A stretch of 47,572 bases of DNA, from contig JBFIJL010000005.1 of NCBI GenBank assembly GCA_041600755.1, positions 1 through 47,572 of the forward strand, read 5' to 3'. Under the pieces are notes generated by a model. The model saw only the letters and a list, made by a program, of their open reading frames with translations, was not told where the DNA came from and did no database searches. The position numbers and the translations under genes were made by a program. The stretch is from Candidatus Saccharimonadales bacterium (GTDB lineage: Bacteria > Patescibacteriota > Saccharimonadia > Saccharimonadales > JAXHNE01). Positions 47,051 through 47,572 of this stretch are shown in pieces. How positions within the stretch are numbered: the stretch's first letter is position 1; each line of letters starts with the position of its first letter.

Positions 47051-47572
47051 ATGCAAAATATTATGAAAAGTATCCGCAGCAATGTTCTTCGGTCAAGCAC
47101 GTTGGCGGTTGCCAGCTTGCTGCTTTTGACGATTGCAATTGTGCCTTTTGCGCGAGCCGATCAGTATCAGGATGAAATTGACGCACTACGCGCACAGAAT
47201 GAATCTACAGAGCACGAAGTGAATGCCCTAGAATTATTTGCGAATGATATCCAAGATGCAATTAATAAATTGCAGGCAACCGTCAATGAGCTTGAAGCAC
47301 AGATTGTGAGCAATACAACCAAGCGAGAGCAGCTAAAACAAGACATCAAAGCCGCCGAAATAGAACTCGCGCGTCAGCGCGACATTCTTGGTCAAAACAT
47401 CAAGGCTATGTATATAGAAGGTGACATCAGTACTCTTGAGCAACTTGCAACCAGCAATGACCTAAGTCAGTTTGTAGACAAGCAACAGTACCGCAATGTA
47501 GTTCAATCCAAAATCAAATCCCAAGTAGATGAAATAACTAGACTACGCCTAGCCCTACAGACCCAGAAGGAA
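47051..47572 (+). CDS. Secreted coiled-coil protein, PcsB/CwlO-like FtsEX-associated peptidoglycan hydrolase; 3'-truncated by the window edge
   Basis: Not in the ORF track. Open frame MQNIMKSIR...IVPFARA-DQYQDEIDALR...AMYIEGDISTLEQLATSNDLSQFVDKQQY; lies directly after ftsX. Confidence 0.8.
   Translation, partial: MQNIMKSIRSNVLRSSTLAVASLLLLTIAIVPFARADQYQDEIDALRAQNESTEHEVNALELFANDIQDAINKLQATVNELEAQIVSNTTKREQLKQDIKAAEIELARQRDILGQNIKAMYIEGDISTLEQLATSNDLSQFVDKQQYRNVVQSKIKSQVDEITRLRLALQTQKE

Noticed and set aside
1-47572. Alternative genetic code (UGA=Gly) as in Gracilibacteria/Absconditabacteria
   Set aside because: Core genes are intact in code 11, RF2 with the SPF motif is present, and lepB ends in TGA at the expected position.

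Overview
Bacterial chromosomal window, most likely Candidatus Saccharibacteria (Patescibacteria/CPR). This assignment is inferred from the reduced gene order, short EF-Ts and ProRS, type-B L31, giant fibre-like surface proteins and standard code 11 with both RF1 and RF2. Positions 1-14 kb hold a surface/adhesin locus: a 5'-truncated beta-helix protein, a secreted protein with three tail-collar/HxH units, a TolB-like protein, and a 2194-aa fibre with THREE internal Peptidase_S74 (autocleaving chaperone) domains. Positions 14-47.6 kb are mostly housekeeping genes (parAB, lepB, LCP, htrA, prmC, prfA, rpmE, rpsB-tsf-frr-uppS-rseP-proS-greA-lysS, rsmE, serS, hpf, secA, prfB, ftsEX, and a truncated PcsB/CwlO-like gene). 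Highlights: (1) the triple-S74 fibre; (2) two orphan gene cassettes stacked at the prfA 3' end, sharing an identical 44-bp promoter and near-identical RBS/start, separated by a displaced old copy of the prfA 3' end; (3) a heliorhodopsin-like membrane protein without the retinal lysine, fused to a histone-H1-like basic tail; (4) a ~180-nt rod-like hairpin with 6S-RNA architecture; (5) -10 boxes 6-10 nt upstream of many start codons, suggesting leaderless mRNAs. No integrase, transposase, reverse transcriptase, tRNA, rRNA or CRISPR array was seen. All family calls come from motif recognition by eye; no searches were run.
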